Below are positions 1-13,025 of a stretch of 64,000 nt of DNA, piece by piece. The DNA is taken from assembly GCA_023515725.1 (NCBI GenBank), contig JALDTO010000146.1:620001-684000 (forward strand), in the 5' to 3' direction. Numbering within the stretch: position 1 is the first letter of the stretch; each line of letters opens with the position of its first letter. This stretch comes from Amoeboaphelidium protococcarum X5 (taxonomy: Eukaryota; Fungi; Aphelidiomycota). The notes beneath the pieces are model-generated. The model saw only the letters and a program-made list of their open reading frames with translations. It did no database searches and was not told where the DNA came from. The translations under genes were made by a program, and so were the position numbers.

Positions 1-1215
1 CTGAATAAACTCGATCCCTTAACTCTGAAGGTGCAAATACAACTGCGAATCGATTCTGTTGATCAACTCTTTCATCTTACCAATCTATCTCTATATGCCC
101 GGCTGTGAGTGCATGTAATTATCCTAAATACCATCTAATAGCTTGGTAAGGCACCAGAAAGTATCAGCCTCAACCAAGTCTATGACGCGCTATGGAATAC
201 TATCAAAATCCTGATTATCCTTGAAAACATCAATGTCAATCTTGCTCTCTTCCAAATGTCCTGATAGGTAGACGGAATAGAACGGAGTGGCTAAATCGTT
301 AATTCCTTACACATAGCCACATGATGGATGCCTAATAGCCCAGCAGAATAATATTCGCTCCAAAGATTATTAAATTCGATGATTCTAATACAACTTCACA
401 GATGGATTAGTACGCGGAACATCAATATGAATCTGGTGCCAAATTGCATGATTAATTTACATCGATGGAGTCAACTATTATTATTACTACTACTGTTGAG
501 ACTACCTGGATTCTACTTGATCTTGTTGCTATTATTACTAGATATTGTTTTAACTGTCAGAAGGTGAAGATAGTATAAAGCTCTGAGATACATAATCTCG
601 ATACTCGGCGCGACGTTTATCTAACACCTACTATCTTCTGTCATTATTAACAGGCATATACCCAAGCAGTAGTTGCCATACAACCATTCTAAATTCGTCA
701 GGTACACCGGACCAAGACAGCTTGCGCAACTTTTCCAAATCAACTGAATTGCTTGTACCATCATTGAGCACTGCTTTAAACTTGTTAATTTTGCTTATCT
801 GCATATTAAGCTTGGTAACCTGAGCCTAAACATCATCCGATTAAGATCTATTGCCATTTCCAGAGAGATGATGCTAGCCGCTTGAATTACTAGAGTTCAG
901 CTGGCCCTATTCAATCATGATCCAATCGGCATCTGAATTCACCTGCGTCAACAATGACCGCTCCATAAATGAGGATGATTATAGTCTAGAAGCATCGCTA
1001 TTAGACAGTGTGGATGATGCAGAAGGTATAGTCTTTTACTAGTGAATAATCGGTCGAGATACACTTGCGACACTCTCTCGGCCTGATTAAGGTGTTTATG
1101 GCAGTACTCGGCCATCGATCTTTTTAGGTAGCGGTGACTACTGCTAGCTTGTAGGAGTCGCTACTTTATCAGCGAACCAGTCTTGATCATTCTAACTCAG
1201 AAATCTGCTGTCCAT
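1..1215 (-). CDS. GYP1: TBC-domain Rab GAP, Gyp1/TBC1D22 family (3' end lies outside the window)
   Basis: With TAR=Gln a single frame runs from ATG 1215 to base 1. Motifs: LRKLSWSGVPDEFRMVVWQLLLGY, IDVPRTNP, GYVQGINDLATPF, VEADTFWCLTKLLDGIQDNY. Confidence 0.9.
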
Positions 1216-1487
1216 CAGTGATTTATTTAATTGAGCACAGATGGTGCACAGTAAGTAAAGCTTCGCTGTTGTTTGTTGGAACGAAAAAAATTAATCGTTG
1301 TCGAGATCTTCCAAAATGCCATCCGAGACATTGAAAGCTGCTTTACAAGATTCAATTATAGAAGTGTGATTTTAAAAGAACCATTATAGTCAGCGCATAT
1401 TCAATCAATAGTAAAGTAAAAGCTATACCGTATTTATAAATATCATTCTATTAACTACACGTATTATAAAGCTCAGCAAAAAGATAC

Positions 1488-4325
1488 TCATTACACAAGC
1501 AAAGATGACCGTTCTGCATTGCGCGGCTCAATCTCAAGACTCTACTGGAACAATTAATCTTCAGCAGCCTTCATTGTCAATTAAATACCATTGTCATCCA
1601 ACGGCATCTAAGATAATTCATAAATCTTGCCTCTGATCTCAGGTACCACCATAAAGTTGAAAGGCTTGTCTTAATACTACTGCACCTCGCGGATGAGCCC
1701 ATAGATTAGACGCCGCTTAGCAAAGTTGACCAGTGAGCCAATCTTATTCGGATTTCCATCCTCCATGTAAGTGAGATCCAGCAAGTACACACCCAAGTAC
1801 GGAATACACGGCGGATTGACGGTATGAAGCTTCTGTCTATACAACTTGTAGGAAGACTCGGCTGTCATCAACGTTTCAAGATCAGCCATCTTCTTACCAT
1901 ATTTCATGGGAAGTTCCTTGATTGTGTACTTCAATCGCGTTATTGGCGCCTTATTAAATCCAGCCACAAACGCCATCAGAGTCGAGAAATTACTCATCTT
2001 ATACAGATAGTATGCAATTTCTATGAGACGAGACATTCGCTTCACTCGTTCATTCAGAGATTTCACCTCCAGTACAGATTTGGCCACCCAGAATGCAACT
2101 TCATTAAACCTTTTAGTGATTTTCATAATGCCTGGTGCGCGAATACTAGCATCCTCCTTAGTCCATGATTAATTCAAAAATTCATATGGCATAACGTTAT
2201 CAAATAGTTAAAACTCAATCAGCGTCAATTATCTAGCAATCTCTTCAGGGTCACAATTGAATAGATTGACAACTTTCCCATTATTCACCTTATTCTACTA
2301 AGAGCTAAACTTTACAGCAGGCGGGGAATCATTGAATTGCGCCTTTGCCTGCAAATTAATCCATGAGCCATCACGCAGTCTCATCATATTCTTCCTAATC
2401 TATCTGGCAAGTGAGGGATGATCTTCAAGAACAACATTTTCCACAAAATCAAGAGCTTCCATTAACAGTTGATGCTTCATAAGAGACACAGCGCTCGGTT
2501 AATCGTCTTCGCTCTAACAATCCTGAATGAGAGCAGTATGGTCCACAAAGTCATAGAAAAACTTCTTGGTCCACTGCTGCATAACATTACAGACACGTAG
2601 CTGGATTTTAAGTCTCATTTTTTCATAATCAGAAAACTGAGGATATAATTGCTTTTAGCGAGGAACGTGATATCTCTCAACCATCTTCTTTAAGAATATC
2701 AGTGGTGTAGTAAAACTTTAATAAGTCAATAGAAATGTCTTCAAGAAATCCATATAAGCATTAGAATCCGCCGATTCGCTACTACCAGCACTAGTAAGAG
2801 CTTCCACAAGTTTGTTCACAGTACCAGCTACTATAACTCCGTCGCCTGCTGTAGAAAAGTTTATATTAGACTCAGAGTGAGCACCTTCTTCCCAAATATT
2901 AACTAAATCGGTCTAATTTTTACCCAACTCAGTTTAAGACTATTTAGGACTTGTAGATAACTCCAAATCCAACAATAAAGCAGATCCAGGTCTCACATTC
3001 TATTCCATCAGATTCTCATTGAGATCTAAATCATTCTTACTAGATATCAGTCGAATGCCTTTGAAAGTCAAAGATTGATCGATTCCGAATCTTCTCCACA
3101 TTAACGGCAAAACATGGCACAACTTTTTACTTAAATCAACTTCAACCTCAACTTTCACACCAACATCTTCCGTCGATGTTATGTGCAACTTTCGAGGCTG
3201 CATGCGGTACTCAAGACAATCCACCGGTGACATATCCATGGCTATCGTCCATAATAGATCGGATGCTTTCAATTTCTCTCCCGCGCGAGTGTACAATGCA
3301 AAGACCTCAGTCGGTGGTACCTGCAATAGACATCCATACTCTGCCGCAACTTAATTACTAAAATTCAACAACTCCAGTCCTTCGGCAACAGTCTGGCCCT
3401 CAGTAACCAGAATTTAAGTCATGGCCGGTTGATCAATCGGATCAATTCTTTCTACGCCTGATTAAGCTGTCTCAATCTTTTAGCTCAAATGCTCAGGTAC
3501 TTTGATCGTAATAGGCAGAAATCGAATCTTGTACTGCAATTCCTCTGGATTAGCAGCAAGACTATAATACTCAAGAGCCTTGCCATCTTCCTGCGCCATC
3601 CACGTCTTTCTCGACGGCATGTACAATCCATACTTGGCACCTTTACGCATTGAATTTCCCCCTGATTGAGGTGATACCACATTACTCCCATACGCTGACG
3701 ATCTATTTGCGCCAGTAAGAGACTTTGAACTAACGTAAGCGCTAAAGATGGAAGCAGACCAGGGAGATAATAAATCATCGTCATCATCATCAGTCTCGAC
3801 GGCTAATCCCCTGGTTTTCAGATACTATTTGACCATGGCGACTAACTTATCAACATTCATCTACGGATTAACCTTGAGTGTGAACTTGGTATCAACATCA
3901 GGTACAAAAACCTTGATTAAGAAATCAGACGAGCCTTGATTAAAAGACAGCTACTGAATATCATTAATCTGCGGTGTGAGCGGAGTATTTACTCCCTACG
4001 TACCTGAAGTGCCAGTAGAGTGTTGAGACTTTTGATCCGCATCCAGATTGGCAGAGAAAATTGTATTCTACCCAGAGCTACTCATAAAATCGTTATCAGC
4101 GGCAGGACTGAGGGAAGAACTCAAACTGGCATCATCAATAGGCAGTGAATTGAGTGATTACAGCGCCAGGGAACCATCACCACCTCCAGGGCTCTAACCA
4201 AATACATCTTTAAATCTACCACCAAACTTTTAATTAAACGCACTCAGACTCTCCCTCTGCTTCTTCTTCAAGGTATTAAAAGCACCCGCAAAAGACTATT
4301 ACAAATTACCACTACTATAACTCAT
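1488..4325 (-). CDS. Ras guanine nucleotide exchange factor (REM + CDC25 domains) with N-terminal ubiquitin-like repeats, about 945 aa
   Basis: ORF-track pieces 1677-2126, 3000-3326 and 3480-3680 share one frame. REM motifs VAGTVNKLVEAL and FLLTYQSFTTP; CDC25 motifs PPCIPYLGVYLLDLTYMEDGNP and LVNFAKRR. Ends GTG TAA TGA. Confidence 0.9.
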
Positions 4326-4707
4326 TACACTCTCTTACGAAATCTATAATATCAGACTATTTACTATCAGATTACAATCTACTGATGATTAAAATTCTTT
4401 GAAAAACAATATAATCAGTATGTAAATAAACTGAACTTGACACTTTTAAGATAATCAGCAGTATCAAAGCAAATCAATCACACAGTAATAAAGATGGAGA
4501 AGACAATGAATGAAGTGAAATTCCCAACAACAATAAGAATTAAGAGAAAGGAACAATTGACGGCGAAAGGGAACGATAACGAGAGAGGTCGGCCGCCCTT
4601 TTTCCTTCTTCTTTGTCTGTCATCTCGTTTATCTTTTGCCCAACAACGGCGTTATTATAGCAACTACCTACACACTGAGCATAGTTTGAATTAGAATATT
4701 TAGGGGA

Positions 4708-6288
4708 ATGCTATTTTTGGGTTATTAAAGTTCTGGGAAGAATTATTCTAATCATAATTAGAGTGAACGTGTCAAAGTGGAAGAGCAGAAGCTGCGTTAA
4801 TGTGAACGTGAGTTAGAGCAGATTTTTGGTGCTCTGTTGAGTGGCGAGGTTGATGGTAGTACACTCTAGTGTACCACCGAGTAGTTGTTATAATATGTGG
4901 AATGCTCCTTCAGTCTTCATGGCTCTTATCTCTCGAAGAGTGCTTAGTAGTAAGACAAATTGTATTATAGTACAGACTCTTCGGTTAGAAAGCCCACAGC
5001 TCTTAGTAAGCTCAGACGTTCTCTTGTTCGCTAGACAGCTGCAACATAGTCTCCCACTATCTAGCCTATTAGTACTAAAACTCAAGATGCTGATAATAGT
5101 GTACTTTAGAATGGTTAATTGTCTTTGTTGAAATTGGAGTCTTAATTGCAATAATAGCAATAGTAATAGTAGTAGTAGAAAGTTCAAGCACATGCAGATG
5201 TTAGTGTTGTGGAATCGCACGTTACGCTGAGTCAGTCTATTGAGAGATTATCTACTATCGCAGGGGATGTCAATGTGGATAGAGTTGAGGAGTTTTCAAT
5301 GTAGTCTGATATAACTGTGTTGGATACGCGTGATAATTAGTAGTTTTAGCATGATAAGAAATCTGTAGAACATGGTTCTATTCAGCAGGAAGTTGTAAAT
5401 ATCTCGGTGGAAAGTGATCTGAATGCCGTGATAACATTAGATCAAGATAATGTCTCTATGAATGCAACTAATGATGTAGAGTCTAAGGTGCTAGATGCCG
5501 TATCATCTGATATCAATTTGGTAAAAGTGGATTCACTATCTGCACAGGTATTAACGTAGAATGAATCGGAAAGTATTAATTATAGTAATCTCTAGACTGA
5601 GGAAGGGACTGATACGAGTGGTTAATAAATGGTCTTTGATTTGAAAACTCAGAGATGGGTCGGTAATGAAGATGAATTGGACATTTTTGATTAGATGGAT
5701 GAAGAAGATGACAATGTCGTGGATATTATAGATAACGATATTTTGTTGTAAAGTTCGCGTTAAAATTATACTAGTAGTGCTAAGCAGGAGACCAGGAAGC
5801 TCTCTGAAGTCTTACTCAAAGATATTGAGCTCGGAAGTTTGGAGGATTTGGAAATTGAAGATGGGGAAGTGGATGACCATGATATTATTACTAGCAAGCC
5901 TGTGGTGGTAAAGATAGGAATTGGGAATGAATTGGATGATTTGGATATCATCACAAACTCTTTCGATGACGTGAATGATATTGATGATGATGACATGGCA
6001 GTTACGCGCCAGTCTATACATTCAGATAGTAATTCATAATAATAATAACAATAATAATCAAGAACTGCTAGAGACTCTGACACCCAGACGCTGAGAAGTA
6101 TAAAGTCACTTGCGCCGTCTATTCAATCCAACTCTCTAGAGCCAGATTTATCTTACTTTGAGGTGCCAGCTCGATTGGAAGAATGGGAGACACAGCACAA
6201 TGAATGGGTCCAGAGTCTTAAAGGTGAGAATTTTAGTTTTGAGGACGCCTTTGAAGCGTCAACCTCTCAGACGCGGAAGCCAAATTGA
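4708..6288 (+). CDS. Acidic, low-complexity protein with a Byr4/Bfa1-like motif, about 526 aa
   Basis: Open frame under TAR=Gln from ATG 4708 to TGA 6286-6288. MVFDLKTQRWVGNEDELDIF resembles the Byr4/Bfa1 M.(F/Y)...W.GNE..L..F repeat. Confidence 0.55.
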
Positions 6289-6401
6289 AGAATCTTTTAC
6301 ATCGACCTCTACAATTTAAAGTTGATAACGTTATAAGCAGGGATATGCATGTATATAAAATATGAATGAATAAATCAGTCTATACACATAGTATTATCCA
6401 C

Positions 6402-8060
6402 TCACAGTATAATTCCTCTCATACTTACATATTTTATGAAGGGAGACAATGTAGTGGATCCAACAAAGTAAAACAGGAGACCAAAAGCAATGGATATCGG
6501 CAAAGCAGGAAGAGCCTTCTTATAAACAGCAAGCAGGAATATTGTCATTGTGAGACCAGTAAGTATAGCTATAATACATGCCATGGTGGTTATCCAGTCT
6601 GAAGTGCTAGAAGTTCTTGCAATGAGAACTGAATAGAATACAAAGTCTCCCAGTCCCAGCTTCAAACCGCTTTACTCTTCATCAATCTATTCAATGTCGT
6701 CGCTATTGACATTGTCAGGATTCAAAGTATTTAATTGTGATTTTCGTCTTTGAGGGAGCTAAATTCCATCCTCAATAATTGGTACACTTGCAGTGTTAGT
6801 ATTAGGAGCAACACTGCTAATGACTGAGGCAAGAGGAGAAGAAGCAGATTAAGAAACGGCATGGGGATGTTGTATGAGATTAGACGATTCGCTGTGATTA
6901 CTATCCTGACTGCGTATACTGAGAGGGATATTCTGAGACTAATTCTTCTCTTAGTAATTATCCTCCGTATCCACCATAAAGTACAACATTGTGACAGAGT
7001 ACAGTAAAGCTGGCACATCTCTATTTTACTATCTTGAGGATTCAATCAACACTTTCAACGGTCCATACGGACATAATACAGCAATTAAATCCCAGATTGC
7101 AAGTATGGCTAGCAAGGCCCAAGTGGTCCATGAATCTAACCCTGTCAAAGCAAAAGCCATCAATGAGCTCATAATTACAAGGTATAACTGCTGAATATAA
7201 AGTGGAGCCCACGGAGTCTTTCTCTTTTTAACTTCCACCGTCTACTGTTATTATTGAGGCTCTTCAGTGTTCGATTCACTTGCTTAGGTGGTAGATCTAA
7301 AATCTATGTGTCCACCAAATATAGCAATGATACCACCAGCCGAAAAGTTCCACAGAAAAAACATCAAGGTCACGTAGTCTAACGGTAGAGCAAAGACTTG
7401 AATTAAGTTCAAAGCCAACAGGTATGACATGAATCCAAGCAAGGCCACAACAGTCAAGAATAAATACCCATACAATATCCTAAAGCATCCATACTTGAAC
7501 AGCACCACAAACAGAATGGTGGCTACTACAATCTGCGCAAGTATTATGAGAGCATTTTCCAACCCACCGCCCACCTTCTGCGACAAAGAGTCTGTGGGCG
7601 ACTCTACATACCGACCAAAGTTGGAACGTTGCGGTCGATAGTCTGAGCCCATAAGAGAAATCTTCACCCACACAATAGAAAGGAAGATACACGCGAGCAC
7701 AGGATTAATGATAGCGGCCACCTGGTTGATAAAGTAGGCCAAATCTCGTGGATCATCGGGGTCCATATCGGCAGGCTGAGATTATCCGTACATTGGATCT
7801 ACTGCCACAGGATCCTTACAAATTTAGGCATGAGTGGGCCAGTCCTTCTTCTAACATTCCAGTGAACAGTATCTGAACTCTGGCCCACAGACCGGGCACA
7901 TAAACTAGGCCGGCTTATCACATAGAATACATGACGGAATCTGTCTTCTCCTCTATGAAGTAGATGATGACCCTTGCTACGCCAAAGATTATTAAGGACC
8001 AGATGATGAAGATTACTAAGAATTGGATGAATTAATATTGCTATCTGTAATTTCTGACAT
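6402..8060 (-). CDS. Presenilin (GxGD aspartyl protease) with an N-terminal MYND zinc finger, about 552 aa
   Basis: One frame. Catalytic motifs [26 protein letters not shown] and PALP. N-terminal [26 protein letters not shown]. Confidence 0.92.
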
Positions 8061-8965
8061 GACTTTAATTCAAATAGGATGTCAAATGTGGCACTAGAAA
8101 GTGGTAAATTAAGAAGGAAAAACGAGCAACGGGAAGATTAAATATTTGTTTCAGCGCCGGCGATGAATTTGAAACAGATGGAAATTACTCTAGCGTTTGC
8201 CTAGTGCGACGTGATGTCTTGCCACTCTCTCTCTTTTATCGATTATTGAGGCAAATATTACCTTTGCTGATGCACATGACCTCAAATTGTGCGTGTTTGA
8301 TTGTTAAGCAGAAATTTGCCTGATTCTTAATGAGATGGGGGAAGGCAGAAATTTAAAATGAAAAAGGGATGTGAGTGTGATTGTAAGATAGGTATGACTA
8401 GAGTGTTGCCGCCTATTGATGATAATGGCTCAGTCTAGTCGTACAATATCTTACAAACACTGCATCTTTTAAGGAAATGAAAATGATATTCGGAAATCAG
8501 TGCTCTACCGTTGAGCTATATACTTTTTCGATAATAATAATGAGGAAATTGCGGTAGAGAAGAAAATAGTTACATTGCCAAAGGCCAAGATGGCCAGATT
8601 CAGTGTCTATTTTTAGCCTGTGAAACGACGATCAGCTAATGAGCGCGCAACGAAATACAACGCTAGCAACCAGTCAGAAGCCGCGATTTATACATTTGGT
8701 GACCTCATTCTAGATCGTGGAATTCTACGAGTCGATCTTGACTTCAGAGATTGCACAAAGGCCGAATTTGGCAAAATTGTGACTCTAAGCTCATTTATCA
8801 CGGACTTTGCTCATTCTCACATGAATTGAGATGTATTTTCATCTGCACGAAGGCACCTCTCCACTTTTTCATTTTTTTCAATTTAAATCGCCTTTGAATT
8901 CTATTTGATCAGTACAATTTTTTTTATTGTGAAGCTCAAGATAGACCATTATTAAATACTTTAAA

Positions 8966-9949
8966 ATGAGACCTGAAGACGAGAATCCCCCAGACTTGGT
9001 ATGATAGATGCGCTACAATACAATCAGATTATTATCGATTTAAGAGTGTAGTTTTATGATTCTCGAGAAGCTAAAAAGTATACTGAAAAGTAAGCTCTGA
9101 TAGTATTAAATTTCGCGTTATAACTGCTAATTGTCAAATATCATTCCGCCCATGTTATGTAGTTCTCGTATAGGCAAGATTCAGGTGGAGATGACTGAGC
9201 GGGCATTGGAGTTGTTGGATCTTGACAATGACTAGCCGTAACTGATATTGGATATCGGATGTGGGTCTGGATTATCTGGTGATGTGCTGACTGAGCATGG
9301 ACATCAGTGGATTGGAGTTGATATATCTGAGGCGATGCTAGATATAGCTGTGGATCGCGAAGTAGATGGTGATGTCATGCGCGTAGATGTGGGACAAGGT
9401 CTATCATTCCGACCGGGATCTTTTGATGGCTGCATCAGTATTTCTTGCTTGTAGTGGCTCTGTACGTCGTGTACCTCGGATCAGATACCACAGAAGAGAC
9501 TTTCATTATTTTTCACAGATTTATACAAAATTCTCCGTCATGGCGCTAAGGCCATTCTGTAAGTGTATCCGGACACTAGGTATGATAAGCCCGATGGTAG
9601 CAATTCATAGCTTGAACTAATGACTTCTTGTGCTTTGAAATGCGGTTTCGGTGGCGGGCTTGTGATTGACTATCCGGAAAGCTAGAAGAAGCGCAAGTAC
9701 TACCTCTGTCTTACTGTTGGTGGTGGGAGTAGTAGTGGTAATGGCACTGAGTTTATGGGCCTTAATGATTAAGCATCAGGTGCTGGTCCTATCAGAAATT
9801 CTTCGAAATAAGCAAGAAAGAATATTTACAAGAAGGGTATGACGCGTAAGGAGTGGGTCTTGCACAAGAAGGAAGTCAGACGCAAGCGTGGTTTGCCTGT
9901 ACCAAATGACTCAAAGTACAGCGGAAGGCGCAGAAAGGGCGGCTTTTGA
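8966..9949 (+). CDS. BUD23: 18S rRNA m7G methyltransferase Bud23/WBSCR22; introns 8999-9051 and 9090-9162
   Basis: [11 protein letters not shown]|[13 protein letters not shown]|[30 protein letters not shown]-terminal [13 protein letters not shown]. Confidence 0.95.
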
Positions 9950-10020
9950 ATTTAATTTTTATGATAACTATATCTCTCTTTATACTGTCATGTATTGCTT
10001 ACTTTGCTGTTATCATCAAA

Positions 10021-10590
10021 ATGCGCGTCTTATCCTCTCTCGCACCAAAGAATGAAATGAAGCGATCACTTACATTTTTGGGAGGCAAGCTGAGACTTGT
10101 ATAGGGGGACATAACGACTCTTAAAGTTGATGCTATAGTCAATGCGGCCAATGAAAGTCTTCTTGGTGGTGGAGGTGTTGATGGAGCAATTCATTAGGCG
10201 GCAGGACCAGAGTTGCTGCGTTTTAACAAAACTTTGGGTGGTTGCCCAGTTGGACACGCAAAACTGTCACCAGGTTTCTAACTGCCTGCAAAGTACGTTA
10301 TAAGCACAGTTGGACCAATAGGTGAGAAGCCAGATCTACTGAAAATGGTGTATATATCATGTCTCAAGTTGGCAATCGAAAATAATATTCGATCCATCGC
10401 CTTTCCCAATGTATCTACTGGTGTTTATGAATATCCTAAAGAGAGCGCTGCAAGTTTAGTCACGTCTTTGCTTAAGGATTACGAATCAGCGGGTCAACTT
10501 GATCATTTTGATCAGATTGTTCTATGTACATTTGACAATGAGAACTACGGTCTCTATGAAAAGTATTTGAACCAGAAGTTTCAAGACTGA
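10021..10590 (+). CDS. MacroD-type macrodomain (ADP-ribose / O-acetyl-ADP-ribose hydrolase); alternative in-frame starts at 9961 and 10057
   Basis: [53 protein letters not shown]. Confidence 0.92.
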
Positions 10591-10665
10591 TTTAAGATTA
10601 ATATTGAAGTTAATAAAACATGTCTTTTATTCAACTCATCTTGATAAAACTTTATGTGTTTAATA

Positions 10666-11193
10666 TCATACTTGGTCAATTCCCTTTTATTGGGAACGAG
10701 CCAGACTGCTTTTGGAAAGGCGTAACATCTCGCGCTCCTTTGTCAGAGGTGGAAATTAGAGAATGCTCATCACCGTCTACAGCAGACCAATTGCAACCAG
10801 AGCCCATCCACTGTACAGACGCGCCTTATCAACGTAATCAGAATAATTTCCAGACTGTTGAGTCAACAGCACGTAACTGGTAGAGGCACCAATGGTCAAA
10901 ATACCCACAAATACATGCAGCATTCCCGAGCCAAAAAATGTGATCAGAAAATACATCTGACTGGCAATTGCTTTTATATCAAAGTAGCTGAGGATAATCA
11001 GTAGTGCCAAGATGACATTGTAGATACGCAGGATGAAGTCCATCGCAGAGTCTGACGATTTGATACCCGGAGCTATTTGTACCATCATGTAAATGTTGGT
11101 TCCAACCAGGAATCCACATGCCAGAGATGAGACTGCCTGTAAGAATCTAATGAACACTTTGTACACCAAACTATTCTGAGTTGTATCAAACAT
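10666..11193 (-). CDS. Small multi-pass membrane protein, COPI-associated/Tvp15-like, about 175 aa
   Basis: About 4 hydrophobic helices; LRIYNVILALLII...FLITFFGSGMLHVFVGIL pattern. Extends through a TAG to TGA at 10666. Confidence 0.55.
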
Positions 11194-11423
11194 TACTGAG
11201 TATTCTGTTGCGATAATTAATTAAATTAGATCTAGATATGTATTAGAATAATGGAGTGGAAGATTATATGGTGTGTGATTAAAATTTGTGGCCGAGCCTG
11301 TTGCTACATTGCCGTTTGAGCTAAACAATGGTTGGCATGGAGACTTGGTAATCTAACGCGTGACACTACTAGAAAAACTTAAATGTTATCAAGAGACATC
11401 ACAGTAATAAAACATGTCTTTAA

Positions 11424-12520
11424 TCACTGCTCAGTAGAGAATGGTAGAGGACGACCAATTGTCATCTGAGCATCAATCATGGGCTCTTACAGGAAGGGCA
11501 TACCGATAATTTCATTAATGTCAGGCCGTTTAGTTGGATTACTCGCACACATGGCCTTGATCAAGTTTTGAACGTCATCACTATACTGATTAGGAATCTG
11601 TTCATGAGCACCACGCATAATTTTCAACACTAATGCTGGTAAATTTGTAGCGTCAAAGAATCTCTTTAGACACGCAATCTCTGCTAGCACGCAACCGAGA
11701 GCCCATATATCGCTCTTCTTATTGTATGGTTTCCCTTCACACAGCTCTGGAGATAGATAAGAGGGAGTACCGACAATCTACAAATCAAGATTCATTTGAA
11801 ATTATTCCCATAATTTTTGAATAGGCTTACTGTCTCGGCTTTGGTTTTAGTGCTAAGAAGCTTTGATATTCCAAAATCTGCAATCTTGAGTACTTTATTC
11901 GGTCCTTTACCACATAGGAGAATATTAGAAGTTTTCAAATCTCTATGCAGAATATTGTGTGAATGAACATGGTGCATAGCCATCGCAATCTAGACAAAAA
12001 AATACATGAGTTCCTACATTATAAAAAGCAATTCCGCGCCATAGATCAAACACTGGATTAGAACTACATCAACATACCTGCTCGCTGAAATAAGACTTTT
12101 AATTTTGGATCAAGTCGAATAACGTTCCACCATCAGCATACTCCATGATAATCATGAGTGATTTGTCAATGGATTGAGTAATAGCAGAAGCAGCATTGTA
12201 TGTGAGTAGACTATCCGACTAACCGATAACATTGTTATTATTGTCAACCGTAAAACTGTCATAGTATGCGATGATGTTTGGGTGCTTCAGCATAGAGAGA
12301 ACCTAAATCTCATTCATCGACTGCTTACGGTCCTCCTCGCTCATCTCCTTCTCGAACAATTCTTTCACCACCACCATTTGCATGTCCTTCTTTCTCTTAC
12401 ACAGTATGGCAGCACTACAATGTTGTAAAGTTATTAAATGTTGGCGATACCAGTTATACATAGTATAAATTACCCATTCGCACCTCTGCCGACAATTTTA
12501 ATCCTCAAATACTAGTCCAT
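11424..12520 (-). CDS. NEK8: NEK8-like NIMA kinase, kinase domain only, about 306 aa; introns 12415-12473, 12014-12077, 11778-11830
   Basis: MDQYLRIKIVGRGANG, FFVQIA (Q is TAG), [57 protein letters not shown]. Confidence 0.85.
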
Positions 12521-13025
12521 GATAGGAAGTATCAAATACTTTATCTAAAGCGCGCTTTGTTGGATAAGAGGCCGAGTTTTGAAACTGCCCAAACAGTGGC
12601 GGATCCCTCCAACAATGAGACTGAGACGACGAGTAATATTTCAAATGAAAACCGCGTTTTGTATTCTATCATTGAAAATGAACTTTTTAGTCAAGGAAAA
12701 ATATACTTCACCACGTGATATAGATAGCAGAGTGCCCGCAATAGATGTCTAAATGATTGGGTTGAATCCGCCGTCGTCACACGAAGCCGCCCGCGTCCCT
12801 CCTTCCCTATTGTTTCGACTCGCGAAATGTTGATCGCGCCGCTCTCAATTGCCCCTGAAAGAATGACTGATCGAGTGTGCTTGCTTGCTTGCGACAACTA
12901 AACCACGAAAACAAGGTCCTACTACGCCACACTCCATTCTCTCTCCGCTTCATCCCATCACACAATAGACTATTATAACTGAACAATTTAGATTTTATTA
13001 CTATCATTCTGACTAGTTAAATTAA

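Noticed and set aside
379-567. Poly-Leu ORFs (also 4888-5220 and 58016-58204)
   Set aside because: They are antisense or off-frame shadows of Q/N/S-rich tracts encoded by TAA/TAG/AAT repeats.
8160-8829. ORF 8620-8829 and its upstream frame
   Set aside because: Several in-frame TGAs upstream and no recognisable motif; at best a gene relic.
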